Shown here piece after piece: positions 27,444 through 35,795 of a stretch of 64,000 nucleotides of DNA. The stretch's first letter is position 1, and every line of letters starts with the position of its first letter. The notes under the pieces are model-generated. The model saw only the letters and a program-made list of their open reading frames with translations. It searched no databases and was not told the DNA's origin. A program made the position numbers and the translations under genes. Source of the DNA: Escherichia phage A221; the sequence record ON862890.1, one strand, 5' to 3'.

Positions 27444-29342
27444 TTATTCATCCTCAGTTTCAAATAGGCAAACATCGCTAAACCAGGTTTTGCGGTAATC
27501 GGCGGCCTCATCACCGAAGCCATTCTTCAGTGACTGTTGATAGCCATCGTCCAGCGTGACCGTCGTAGTATACGCATCCAGGTTGTTTAGAATACGTTTG
27601 AAGTCTTCAGTGCTGTTACCGCCAAGACCTTTCAGATATTTCTTCTTCGTGATCTTCTTGGCATCAGGTGTCTTCAGGAACTCCTCATACTCTGCGTTGT
27701 TCATGAACTCATACATCACCTTACCACACCACACACGCATGTAAGGGGTGCGCAGGAGCTTCAGTCTGCCCTGACGGACGTACTCCGGCCAGTAGGTGCA
27801 ATACAGGGTGATCAACAACCCACGGATGTGGATGCCGTCATCGTCCGCATCGGTAGCCACAACAGTCTGTGGGTAACGGGTGATATCAAGGGGCTGGCCT
27901 GGCACTGCGCCGCCATGGATCGTACACAGGTTCTTGAACTCTTCATTGTTCATCACCTTTGAGCGCGGGGCGTTCAGGCAGTTGATGAACTTACCACGAA
28001 GCGGGAACAACCCGATCTTCTTGGTGTCGCGGGCGTTCAGGATAGGATTGGAGGCACTATCACCCTCTGTCAGCAACAGGGAGCATCCGCTGCGGTCACC
28101 ACGGGCGGTCGCCGGGTAATACTTCTCAATCTCACGATAATCCCGCTTGCTGATGTCCTTCTTGGCCTTTTCAAACTCAGCATCGTCCTGCTCATTGCGC
28201 AGGGAAGCCAGTTCTTTGCTCAGACCAGCCGTAACGAACTCAAGCGCCTTGCGGATCAGTTTATCACTGGGCTTGTACGACGTACCGAACTGGCTGACAG
28301 GAGTGGTCATGCGCTCCTTGGTCTGGCTGTCAAAGCGCGGGTTGTTGATGTCGGCGGCGATGAACAAGGACATGTGGTTCTTGATCATTGCTGGCTTCAG
28401 TTCGGTCTTGAACTTCTTCACCAGCTGGGGACGAATCGCTGCCACGATCTGGTCAGCAACATAATCAACGTGAGGACCACCGATGTGGGTGGCAATAGAG
28501 TTCACGTATGATGCGTGCATGAACGTACCGGATGAAGGGGCTACAGCAACAGACCAATCCCCGGTTTCGTCAACAGCCGAACCAGCATGGAAGTAATCAA
28601 CGAAGTGGCCAAAGCGGTCAATCCGGATTTGCTTCCCATTGAGAACAATCTTCAGGCGCGGGTTACACGCAGCCACTTCAAACGCGCGGCGATAGATCAT
28701 CAGCAGGTTGTTCTGGTCAAGTCCTTTGACGCCCAGACGAGCATAGTCAGGGATCCAGGCGATGGATGTGCCGGGACTGTTCACGTTGCTGATGACTGGG
28801 TTAGATTTCTTGCTCATGTTGTCTTCAAACGTCTGAGTATAAGACTTCTTGCCGTCATTAGTCGTGACGCGGAACCATTTGGAGAACACGTTGACGAGGG
28901 ACGCCCCTTCGCCATTCTGACCACCGGACTTCTGGTTGTTGTACTCTTCGTCTTCGTCGTTGAAGTTCGATCCCGCAAACAATTCTGAAAATAACATTTC
29001 TGGCAACCACATACCAGATTCATGCTTGACCACAGGGATACCCCCGTTGTCAGCAACGATGATTTGACCGTTCATCGGGGAAACTGTGACGGTGATTTCC
29101 GTCAGGGATTTACCCTCAGGGGTCTTGCTGTGGTCAACACAGTTGGTGATGATTTCATCAAACTGTTTGATAAGAGCGGGGTTATATTCAAAATTGTCTT
29201 TAAACACAACTTTGTCTTTGCTGAGATCATATACCCAAGCCATCCCGACAGAAGAACGGATACTCCCTAGATGGCGCTCTGGGCGAAGGAGTATATGCTC
29301 GATGTGTGAGAGCTTTTTGTATTTTCTGTTTACATCAACCAT
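27444..29342 (-). CDS. 39: DNA topoisomerase II large subunit (T4 gp39 with gp60-equivalent region fused)
   Basis: GHKL ATPase N-terminus, Toprim-like LLLTEGDSA, KGLGGNSTEDF; 632 aa single ORF. Confidence 0.85.
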   Translation of the reverse strand: MVDVNRKYKKLSHIEHILLRPERHLGSIRSSVGMAWVYDLSKDKVVFKDNFEYNPALIKQFDEIITNCVDHSKTPEGKSLTEITVTVSPMNGQIIVADNGGIPVVKHESGMWLPEMLFSELFAGSNFNDEDEEYNNQKSGGQNGEGASLVNVFSKWFRVTTNDGKKSYTQTFEDNMSKKSNPVISNVNSPGTSIAWIPDYARLGVKGLDQNNLLMIYRRAFEVAACNPRLKIVLNGKQIRIDRFGHFVDYFHAGSAVDETGDWSVAVAPSSGTFMHASYVNSIATHIGGPHVDYVADQIVAAIRPQLVKKFKTELKPAMIKNHMSLFIAADINNPRFDSQTKERMTTPVSQFGTSYKPSDKLIRKALEFVTAGLSKELASLRNEQDDAEFEKAKKDISKRDYREIEKYYPATARGDRSGCSLLLTEGDSASNPILNARDTKKIGLFPLRGKFINCLNAPRSKVMNNEEFKNLCTIHGGAVPGQPLDITRYPQTVVATDADDDGIHIRGLLITLYCTYWPEYVRQGRLKLLRTPYMRVWCGKVMYEFMNNAEYEEFLKTPDAKKITKKKYLKGLGGNSTEDFKRILNNLDAYTTTVTLDDGYQQSLKNGFGDEAADYRKTWFSDVCLFETEDE

Positions 29343-30166
29343 TATTATCTCCGTAAAATTTCAACCAGGCGGGATCTTCTTTTGGTATCCAACCTTTCTG
29401 AAATTTAGATATACAAGTTTGAGCTGTGGCCTTAGAACAAACAGAGCTTAACCCGGTTTCTTTCAACATTAAACAATAACGGTTCTTCACTTTGTCTTCA
29501 CCGTTACTATACCACCATTCAAAGAATTCACCAGCCAAGAGCCATTGTCGGGATTTACCCGTCTTTACGACAGTCGGGTGTTCCCCAAGGTTGTATGTTA
29601 TTCATGGGATTGTTCTGGCGCCACATAGCAGAATACCTCTCCCTTTCTTCTGGTCGCCTCATCCGTTCGGTGACTGATTTGGTAAGATTGGCTTTGTGTG
29701 CTTCGGAGTGTGGTATCCCTTTCCTGGATTTTGACAACCTGCGCCTTGATTCGTCATTCCAAGTGTAACCTCTCAAGCTATCCGCACGTTTCTTCTGTAC
29801 TTCTGGGTTCAATGAGTTTTTCTTGGATTGCTTACGACAACGTTCCTTTTGTTCATCAGATGACATCACTTCTTTCATTCTGGTGGAATTATTTCTCCTC
29901 AATTCCCCAAACTCTTTGTTGTTCCTAGACATGTTGTTCATCCCAGTCCATGCCTTCCTGATACCGGGGTTGAGTGGTTTTGTTCTCCAAAGTAGGTGAT
30001 GTACGACATAATGTTCTTCTGGTGTCAACCATACAAGATTAGAGAAGTGGTTAGTGCCACCCAAGCACACAGGGATTATATGGTGGCGTTCTTGATAAAC
30101 GCCATCCATTTTACCTCTCTGTATTGCTCTCTGTATGAGAGCGTCTAAGATGATTTCGTATTTCAT
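29335..30166 (-). pseudogene. HNH homing endonuclease, frameshifted
   Basis: ERHHIIPVCLGGTNHFSNLVWLTPEEHYVVH plus NUMOD-like repeats; paralog's C-terminal region continues in another frame (track ORF 29335-29538 from TTG); shift near 29555-29580. Confidence 0.7.
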
Positions 30167-30744
30167 AAGCCAAATTTGCTACGCCACTTTTCAACCTTGT
30201 GTTCAATAGCGTGCTCCACTTTAATGCGAGTGGCCATCAAAGAGGATCCACGGATCGCCCCTTCCCCACACCCCATGCGCGCAACATGCTTGATTAGGTC
30301 ATTGACAAGATGATCCAATCTGTCTTGACTGCGATAAGGCTGGTTGCACAATCGGATAATCCGGCCATGATAATGATGAATAAGATTCAGATGCTTTTGA
30401 GGATCACGATCAATCAGACGGAACCAGTCTTCTTCCAACAGATTAGAAGAAATATCGTTCACTGTCGCCATGTGGTTGATGACAGAGTCGATCATTTCGG
30501 CCTTGTTCAGAGAGCCGCGCATTTGGACGTCGTCATAATCCATGACGTACAGAAGGTCAATAGCAGAGATAATGACATCAGCAACTTCGCCATTCAACGG
30601 CTCGGAAGATACTATGCCATGAAACACATCAGACAGTTCACAGATCTCTTCACCTAGTTTGTTCAGAACAAACACAGGCGAACGGTCTGGGGTATGAGCA
30701 GTGCAGTCATAAGAAGCGTCGACGATAGTGTGTAGAAATTTCAT
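30163..30744 (-). CDS. hypothetical protein (possible MazG-like fold)
   Basis: EEICELSDVFHG...EVADVIISAIDLLYVM weakly MazG-like. Confidence 0.4.
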   Translation of the reverse strand: MKFLHTIVDASYDCTAHTPDRSPVFVLNKLGEEICELSDVFHGIVSSEPLNGEVADVIISAIDLLYVMDYDDVQMRGSLNKAEMIDSVINHMATVNDISSNLLEEDWFRLIDRDPQKHLNLIHHYHGRIIRLCNQPYRSQDRLDHLVNDLIKHVARMGCGEGAIRGSSLMATRIKVEHAIEHKVEKWRSKFGL

Positions 30745-31244
30745 TTCAAAGTTCCTTGTATGCGGAGACGATTAATGTGGGCAATGATATAGTCCATAGA
30801 GTTTTGAAAACTGTATTTCCCGTTCTGAACATATGCATGGATCAGGGGTAGGCGACTGTACGCCAATCTGATCTTCAGACGTTCAGGCATTGTCTGGAGT
30901 TTCATGCTAGTTGCAAATAGGATATCGCGCTTGAATTCTTCGGTAGACGGGTCCAGGACAATGAAGCGAGAAGCCGCCAATCCCTGTCCATATTGCTTGG
31001 CCTCATAACCGTCGAGCAGGCGCAGGTTGTCATCCCTATACTTCAGCCAATACCAGTACCCCTCCATGGAGTTAAACACACCATGTTCATGGGTAGTCAT
31101 TGGATGATGGGTAAAATGCGAGAGGAAGCGCCCGAGTTCCGTCTGGCTCCGGCTGTAGATGTTGAAGTGATTCTTGCCCTCTGTTGCAGGGGTCATCTTG
31201 TTCTGTGGAACGCTCATTAACAGCATCATGATGTAGTTTCTCAA
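30741..31244 (-). CDS. hypothetical protein
   Basis: 167 codons, ATGA-coupled. Confidence 0.45.
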   Translation of the reverse strand: MRNYIMMLLMSVPQNKMTPATEGKNHFNIYSRSQTELGRFLSHFTHHPMTTHEHGVFNSMEGYWYWLKYRDDNLRLLDGYEAKQYGQGLAASRFIVLDPSTEEFKRDILFATSMKLQTMPERLKIRLAYSRLPLIHAYVQNGKYSFQNSMDYIIAHINRLRIQGTLK

Positions 31245-31271
31245 ATCAAAGTATTGCTGTGTGTAGTGAAA

Positions 31272-31469
31272 TTACTTCTTCATGCAGCCCATATAACTAC
31301 AGGCCAAGCCGATAGCGGCGAATACGATAGCCAGGACAAATCGGGTTATCTGCATTTGTGGTATTGTGAGCAGCCCGATCACGTTTTCGATCGTCAGGAA
31401 GAAACACACCCCAGCGACGACACCGAATTTGAACGAGTTTCGTTCTTTGTAGATCTTGAACCTGAACAT
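31272..31469 (-). CDS. small membrane protein
   Basis: Two hydrophobic helices in 65 codons. Confidence 0.35.
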   Translation of the reverse strand: MFRFKIYKERNSFKFGVVAGVCFFLTIENVIGLLTIPQMQITRFVLAIVFAAIGLACSYMGCMKK

Positions 31470-31514
31470 ATGCGCCTCCTGATTGAAGCGGGGAGTTTCC
31501 TCCCCTGTAACTAT

Positions 31515-32015
31515 CTAGCCCAGAAACACTACTAAAGTCAAATTAGTGAGGGCGCTGCGACCTTCCCGCAGCATTTCATGCGCAGATGCAAGGCGCTTGG
31601 GGTCATGCAACGTATCAGAGAACACGATGATGTTTGCTTTATCGATGTCCGTGCCCATGTAATGGGAGATGGTTGTCGTGTGCTGTTTCTTGTCTACATC
31701 GGGCAATGATACATCCGCGCCTGCTCGGGAGCGGAAGAAAGAATCGCGTTCACTAACGCTATGGAAGACACCCATGATGTTGAGGTTGTTCTCTGTCTGG
31801 AAATCATAGGACAGAATCTTCTTCAGCGCGGCGGTGTGCCCAGTCTGGCGCAGCATGCGATAGTACAGTATGTTTCCAGGACAGGTGGGGTCCGTCACAC
31901 CTCCCCTCGATTGGCGATCTTTCTGGATTTCATACGCATCCAGGATAAGTTGTTGGACCATTTCAATATGGGTAGTCAGGGAGATTTCGACTTTACGTTT
32001 GACCATGGATTTCAT
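31515..32015 (-). CDS. hypothetical protein
   Basis: 166 codons. Confidence 0.45.
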   Translation of the reverse strand: MKSMVKRKVEISLTTHIEMVQQLILDAYEIQKDRQSRGGVTDPTCPGNILYYRMLRQTGHTAALKKILSYDFQTENNLNIMGVFHSVSERDSFFRSRAGADVSLPDVDKKQHTTTISHYMGTDIDKANIIVFSDTLHDPKRLASAHEMLREGRSALTNLTLVVFLG

Positions 32016-32082
32016 TTGGTGTATCCTCAGTTAGGTTCCGCTCATGGGGAACGGGTCCATTATACACCAAATGCTGGAAATG

Positions 32083-32106
32083 AAAAAGAGGCCGGAGCCT
32101 CTTTTA
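32083..32106 (-). terminator. rho-independent terminator
   Basis: AGAGGC-cgga-GCCTCT flanked by A-run and T-run; shares GAGGCCGGAGCCTC core with terminator at 34161-34182. Confidence 0.55.
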
Positions 32107-32358
32107 GTCTTCATATTTGCCTGTCCTGAAGTTCCACTTTCGCGCATTCTTCAGGTCGAGGTCTTTGAAGATGTTTCCAAAGATCTTTTGGAAGGAGGTC
32201 TGCTCTTGTTCTTCCTCAAGATCCTTGGGCTTCTTGACAGGCTCTTTCACCATACCGCCTTCGGGTTTCCCCACATCGGCGGTCGTGGTTCCAGGGGCTG
32301 CCGAGTCTTCAAGGAAGTCCTGGAAGCCTTTCATGATTAGACCGCAGCCATTTCGCAA
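32104..32358 (-). CDS. hypothetical small protein
   Basis: 84 codons, Glu/Lys-rich. Confidence 0.35.
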   Translation of the reverse strand: MRNGCGLIMKGFQDFLEDSAAPGTTTADVGKPEGGMVKEPVKKPKDLEEEQEQTSFQKIFGNIFKDLDLKNARKWNFRTGKYED

Positions 32359-33146
32359 CGAGTAGAGGTCACAGAGTGGCCGTCAGCGTCTTCAACAACA
32401 CACCAGTACTCACCCTCGTTTTCGGCAGCAACTGCAGTGATAACCAGGCTCGCAGTTGCAGCAGTGGGGTTAGTGCCAGCATCGATCACCTCACCTTCAC
32501 CACCAGGGACATCAGAGAAGTACCAAGTATGTGTGTATGGGGTAGTGCCGCCTGTAGCAGCGATGGTGAAGGTTGCGGATTCACCTGTTGTTACATCCTG
32601 AGAAGCAGCCAGATCGGTAGACAGAGACAGAGCGCCAGCCACTGTGATGACGGTAGAGTCAGTGTGGTCACCTTCGATGGTAACGCCATAGACTGTTACC
32701 GAGCCGGGGGCCAGCAACTTGAATTTACCACCACCGATGTGTACAGCTTTGGTCAGATCGCCAGAGTACCAGTTGACACCCTGGTAGGTCGCGTTCTCCG
32801 GAGCGACGACCGCCTTCAGTTCAACAACCTGACCGACTTCACCATTAGCAGTTTCAGGGGTGATGGTCAGGCCAGTGGTCAGCACAGCGCTTGGGTCGTG
32901 GATTTCATAAGACAGCTGGAAGCCAACGGGCTTGGTTGGATCCACTTTGGTGACGCCATCGGCCTGCAAATTGCTCTTGGTCAGCAGTGCATCCAGACCT
33001 TTACACTCAGTCAGGATCTCGTCTGGGTCTTGGTTAAGACTGGTCTTTTCCCAACCACGAGCAGTACCTGTTACAGTGTGAAGACGCTCAGTTTCCGGTT
33101 TGTTGCGAACAACTTCCGGTGCTACTAATACAGTGATCGTTGGCAT
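32337..33146 (-). CDS. Ig-like domain protein (Hoc-like capsid decoration candidate)
   Basis: Big_2-like NATYQGVNWYSGD...SVTVYGVT and Ig I-set-like C-terminus GEYWCVVEDADGHSVTSTRCEM; start at ATG 33146. Confidence 0.55.
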   Translation of the reverse strand: MPTITVLVAPEVVRNKPETERLHTVTGTARGWEKTSLNQDPDEILTECKGLDALLTKSNLQADGVTKVDPTKPVGFQLSYEIHDPSAVLTTGLTITPETANGEVGQVVELKAVVAPENATYQGVNWYSGDLTKAVHIGGGKFKLLAPGSVTVYGVTIEGDHTDSTVITVAGALSLSTDLAASQDVTTGESATFTIAATGGTTPYTHTWYFSDVPGGEGEVIDAGTNPTAATASLVITAVAAENEGEYWCVVEDADGHSVTSTRCEMAAV

Positions 33147-33517
33147 GGTTTCCTCCACTCATCCAAATCGTTGTTCAGAGCCATCATCAGCTCATTATCT
33201 GGTTCGTATGAACCGGAACATAAATCATCGCGCCATACGCCTAATGTCAACAAAGCAGCCTTGAGGCGTGGCAACTGGGGCTTATCCACCTTCAAAACGA
33301 GCATGCGGCAAGCGGCCTCTGTTTCGAACGTATTGAAGACAGTAATCAATTGATTGAGAATCAACCGAGGACTCTTACCAGGGACAAATCTCTTCAATGA
33401 TTGATTAATTAGCGAAATCCGCTGAATGTCTACCAGCAGTTCATCCCACGAGACAGAATCTACAATATAATGCCTCAGTGCATAATCCATCAAGTTGCTT
33501 TCGTCAACGATAGGCAT
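33125..33517 (-). CDS. hypothetical protein
   Basis: 130 codons. Confidence 0.45.
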   Translation of the reverse strand: MPIVDESNLMDYALRHYIVDSVSWDELLVDIQRISLINQSLKRFVPGKSPRLILNQLITVFNTFETEAACRMLVLKVDKPQLPRLKAALLTLGVWRDDLCSGSYEPDNELMMALNNDLDEWRKPCQRSLY

Positions 33518-33547
33518 ATTGAATAAGTTCAGCTGTTGTACACCGGC

Positions 33548-33973
33548 TTATTTAATCTGCAATTTTTCGATCAGCTTCGCAATCAGCTGAATGCGATCTT
33601 CTTCTGTGATACCCAGCGGCGCAGCCAACAACTTGAGATCGTCAACCCCCAACAGGTTCAGAGTCTCGACTGTGATGTTGGTTTCAATCACAGCCCCGGT
33701 TTCAAACGGCTTGCCGAACTTGTCGCGACCATAACGCTTGAGGGTCGCAGCCAGCCCTGGAAGCTCCTGGAGGAGTTCCTTCGTGCCGTCTTGGTATTCG
33801 CACACCCAACCGTACCCGCCAGCGTAGACGACGCCTCCGTCTCCCCCTGGAGGGATGTTATCGATGGCGCGTTGTAGGTAGGTAGGCAACACACCTTCCT
33901 CCTTCGCCTGGATGTCATCGACTGGGGCTTCGGTTTTAATTTCAACTTTCTTGACTTCAGGTTTCTTCGCCAT
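33548..33973 (-). CDS. hypothetical protein
   Basis: 141 codons. Confidence 0.45.
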   Translation of the reverse strand: MAKKPEVKKVEIKTEAPVDDIQAKEEGVLPTYLQRAIDNIPPGGDGGVVYAGGYGWVCEYQDGTKELLQELPGLAATLKRYGRDKFGKPFETGAVIETNITVETLNLLGVDDLKLLAAPLGITEEDRIQLIAKLIEKLQIK

Positions 33974-34160
33974 GTTTGGTTCTCCTATAGACTGTTACGT
34001 ATTTACCACAGCAATTGCAGCAGTATACGTGCATCACGTATCCTTCGTCTGTGAAGTCGCAACCACCACAGCGACAGAACAATTTCACGAACTGTTGGTC
34101 ATGAACTTCACGGGGAGGAAAGTTCTTGTGGGAGTATTCCCTGGTCTCGCCTTCGAACTG

Positions 34161-34182
34161 AAAAGGAGGCCGGAGCCTCCTT
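34161..34182 (-). terminator. rho-independent terminator downstream of rIIB
   Basis: GGAGGC-cgga-GCCTCC then UUUU on minus strand, about 17 nt after rIIB stop. Confidence 0.55.
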
Positions 34183-34198
34183 GGTGGATGGGGTTTGG

Positions 34199-35764
34199 TT
34201 ACTTGTACAGACCTGTCACGTCAATGGACTTGTGCTGGCGGTTGTACTCAGCAGTGTAGTCATCCAACACCAGGTATTCACAGCAGCGGATCTTGCTGGA
34301 GCCATAGTCGTTGGTAATAGACACGATGTCTTTCGGGTTCAGCTTACAGCGAACAACGCGCTGGCCAACAGAACCGAAGCACTGTTTCAGATAGGCCAGG
34401 GAGCAAACGTGCAAACCGTATGAACACAGGTCAGAGTTGTTGTCGTTCACGAATGAGCGAGCCATCCGCACGATAGTGCCTGGGGCGTTGCTGATCGTGT
34501 TGCTGTGCTTGTCCATGTAGTTGCCGCGCACCGATTTGTAGAGGATGATGTCACCATCGTCGTCAATTTCGATGTCAGAGTACGCCATGAACTCATAGAT
34601 GCGCCCAGACTGAACCAGAGAAGCTGACGGGTTCTGGAACATTTTGTCCATAAACTTCGCCATGCGGTCCAGGTTGTGGAAGTCACCCTTCAGCATCAGC
34701 GCCAGTACACGCTTGGCGATGGATGTGCCTGTGATGTCATGACCGGACCAGCGGACACGGTTGTCAGACACGTCTACTAGACCAGCAGCGTACTTCGCGA
34801 TGGCTTCACGAGGGCGCATCAGCGAGTATGCCAGTTTCACGTCTTTGTCTTTGATCGCCTGTACGATGCGGTCATAGGCCGGGTGTGAAGTGGTGATCGT
34901 TTCCGGCTTGCCGTCAATCGCGATAACAACGCTGTCAGGAAGAATCAGGATCTGGTGTTCGTTCAGGAACACGTCCAGGTCTTTCGCGCCGAAGTCCTGC
35001 TTGGTCTTCTTATCATCAGCCACTTCTTCAACGTCTTTGACAGCGACGGCGAATTCTACAGAAGACAGAGCCAGGCGCAGGGTGCGACCGAGGATGCCAT
35101 CAAAGTAACCAACACGGCGACGGGCATCCAAGGATCCACGAATAGGATAGGTTTCCCCGTCAACCACAACGCTGATTTCAACGTTGCCCGGGACTTTGTC
35201 CACACCTTCTGACAGCGCCACAGAAATTTCTGCCATCTTGCCGATATCTTCAACATCGAAAGCGCGACTATCACCTTCCACAGGAGTCAATTCAGACTTT
35301 TCAAAGAAAGCCCCTTTGAAATTGCCGTCGTTAGTGAGACACAGATACTTGTTGTGGTTCGGCAGATATGCCCCAACATACCATTCTGTGCCATCTTTGT
35401 CTTTAGCCGTGCCGCCCGGTTGGACCTCGAACACTTCTTGTTCTTCCGGCTTGATAGGAGAGATCACAGTTACCTTGTTTTTCTCCTCGGTAATCCGGAC
35501 CAACAGGGCACGGGCGATCGTCTTGGCGGACACACCGTACACCTTAGCCAAGAATGCATTGCTGACATTACCTGCCGCCGAATCCCTTTGGATATTGGCG
35601 ATCTGATCTGTTGTCAGGGATTTCAGCGAAGTAGGGTCAACACCGAGTTCCGTGTCGGAAACACGTTGTACAGTCGAGCGGGGTATGCCCAACAGAGTAG
35701 CAATTGCGCTCTGGCTTTTGCCTTCCTTCAAATATTTCAGGATCTTTTCGTCAATCTTGTTCAT
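34199..35764 (-). CDS. rIIB: rIIB protein
   Basis: C-terminal 100 aa align to T4 rIIB (HSNT..NAPG..VRMAR..YGLHVCS..VGQRVV..NPKDIVSI); start trimmed to MNKIDEK at 35764. Confidence 0.85.
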   Translation of the reverse strand: MNKIDEKILKYLKEGKSQSAIATLLGIPRSTVQRVSDTELGVDPTSLKSLTTDQIANIQRDSAAGNVSNAFLAKVYGVSAKTIARALLVRITEEKNKVTVISPIKPEEQEVFEVQPGGTAKDKDGTEWYVGAYLPNHNKYLCLTNDGNFKGAFFEKSELTPVEGDSRAFDVEDIGKMAEISVALSEGVDKVPGNVEISVVVDGETYPIRGSLDARRRVGYFDGILGRTLRLALSSVEFAVAVKDVEEVADDKKTKQDFGAKDLDVFLNEHQILILPDSVVIAIDGKPETITTSHPAYDRIVQAIKDKDVKLAYSLMRPREAIAKYAAGLVDVSDNRVRWSGHDITGTSIAKRVLALMLKGDFHNLDRMAKFMDKMFQNPSASLVQSGRIYEFMAYSDIEIDDDGDIILYKSVRGNYMDKHSNTISNAPGTIVRMARSFVNDNNSDLCSYGLHVCSLAYLKQCFGSVGQRVVRCKLNPKDIVSITNDYGSSKIRCCEYLVLDDYTAEYNRQHKSIDVTGLYK

Positions 35765-35795
35765 CTTGTAGTTCCCACGTTGGTTAACAGGACTA

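Noticed and set aside
26111-27523. Topoisomerase medium-subunit start at ATG 27523 as given by the ORF track
   Set aside because: Would overlap the last 80 nt of the large-subunit gene; an ATG at 27442 with a GAGG RBS sits right after the upstream stop.
33974-34160. Cys-rich reading frame (…FCRCGGCDF…CCNCCGK…) between rIIB and the next gene
   Set aside because: No ATG start in frame, no RBS, and it lies downstream of a terminator.
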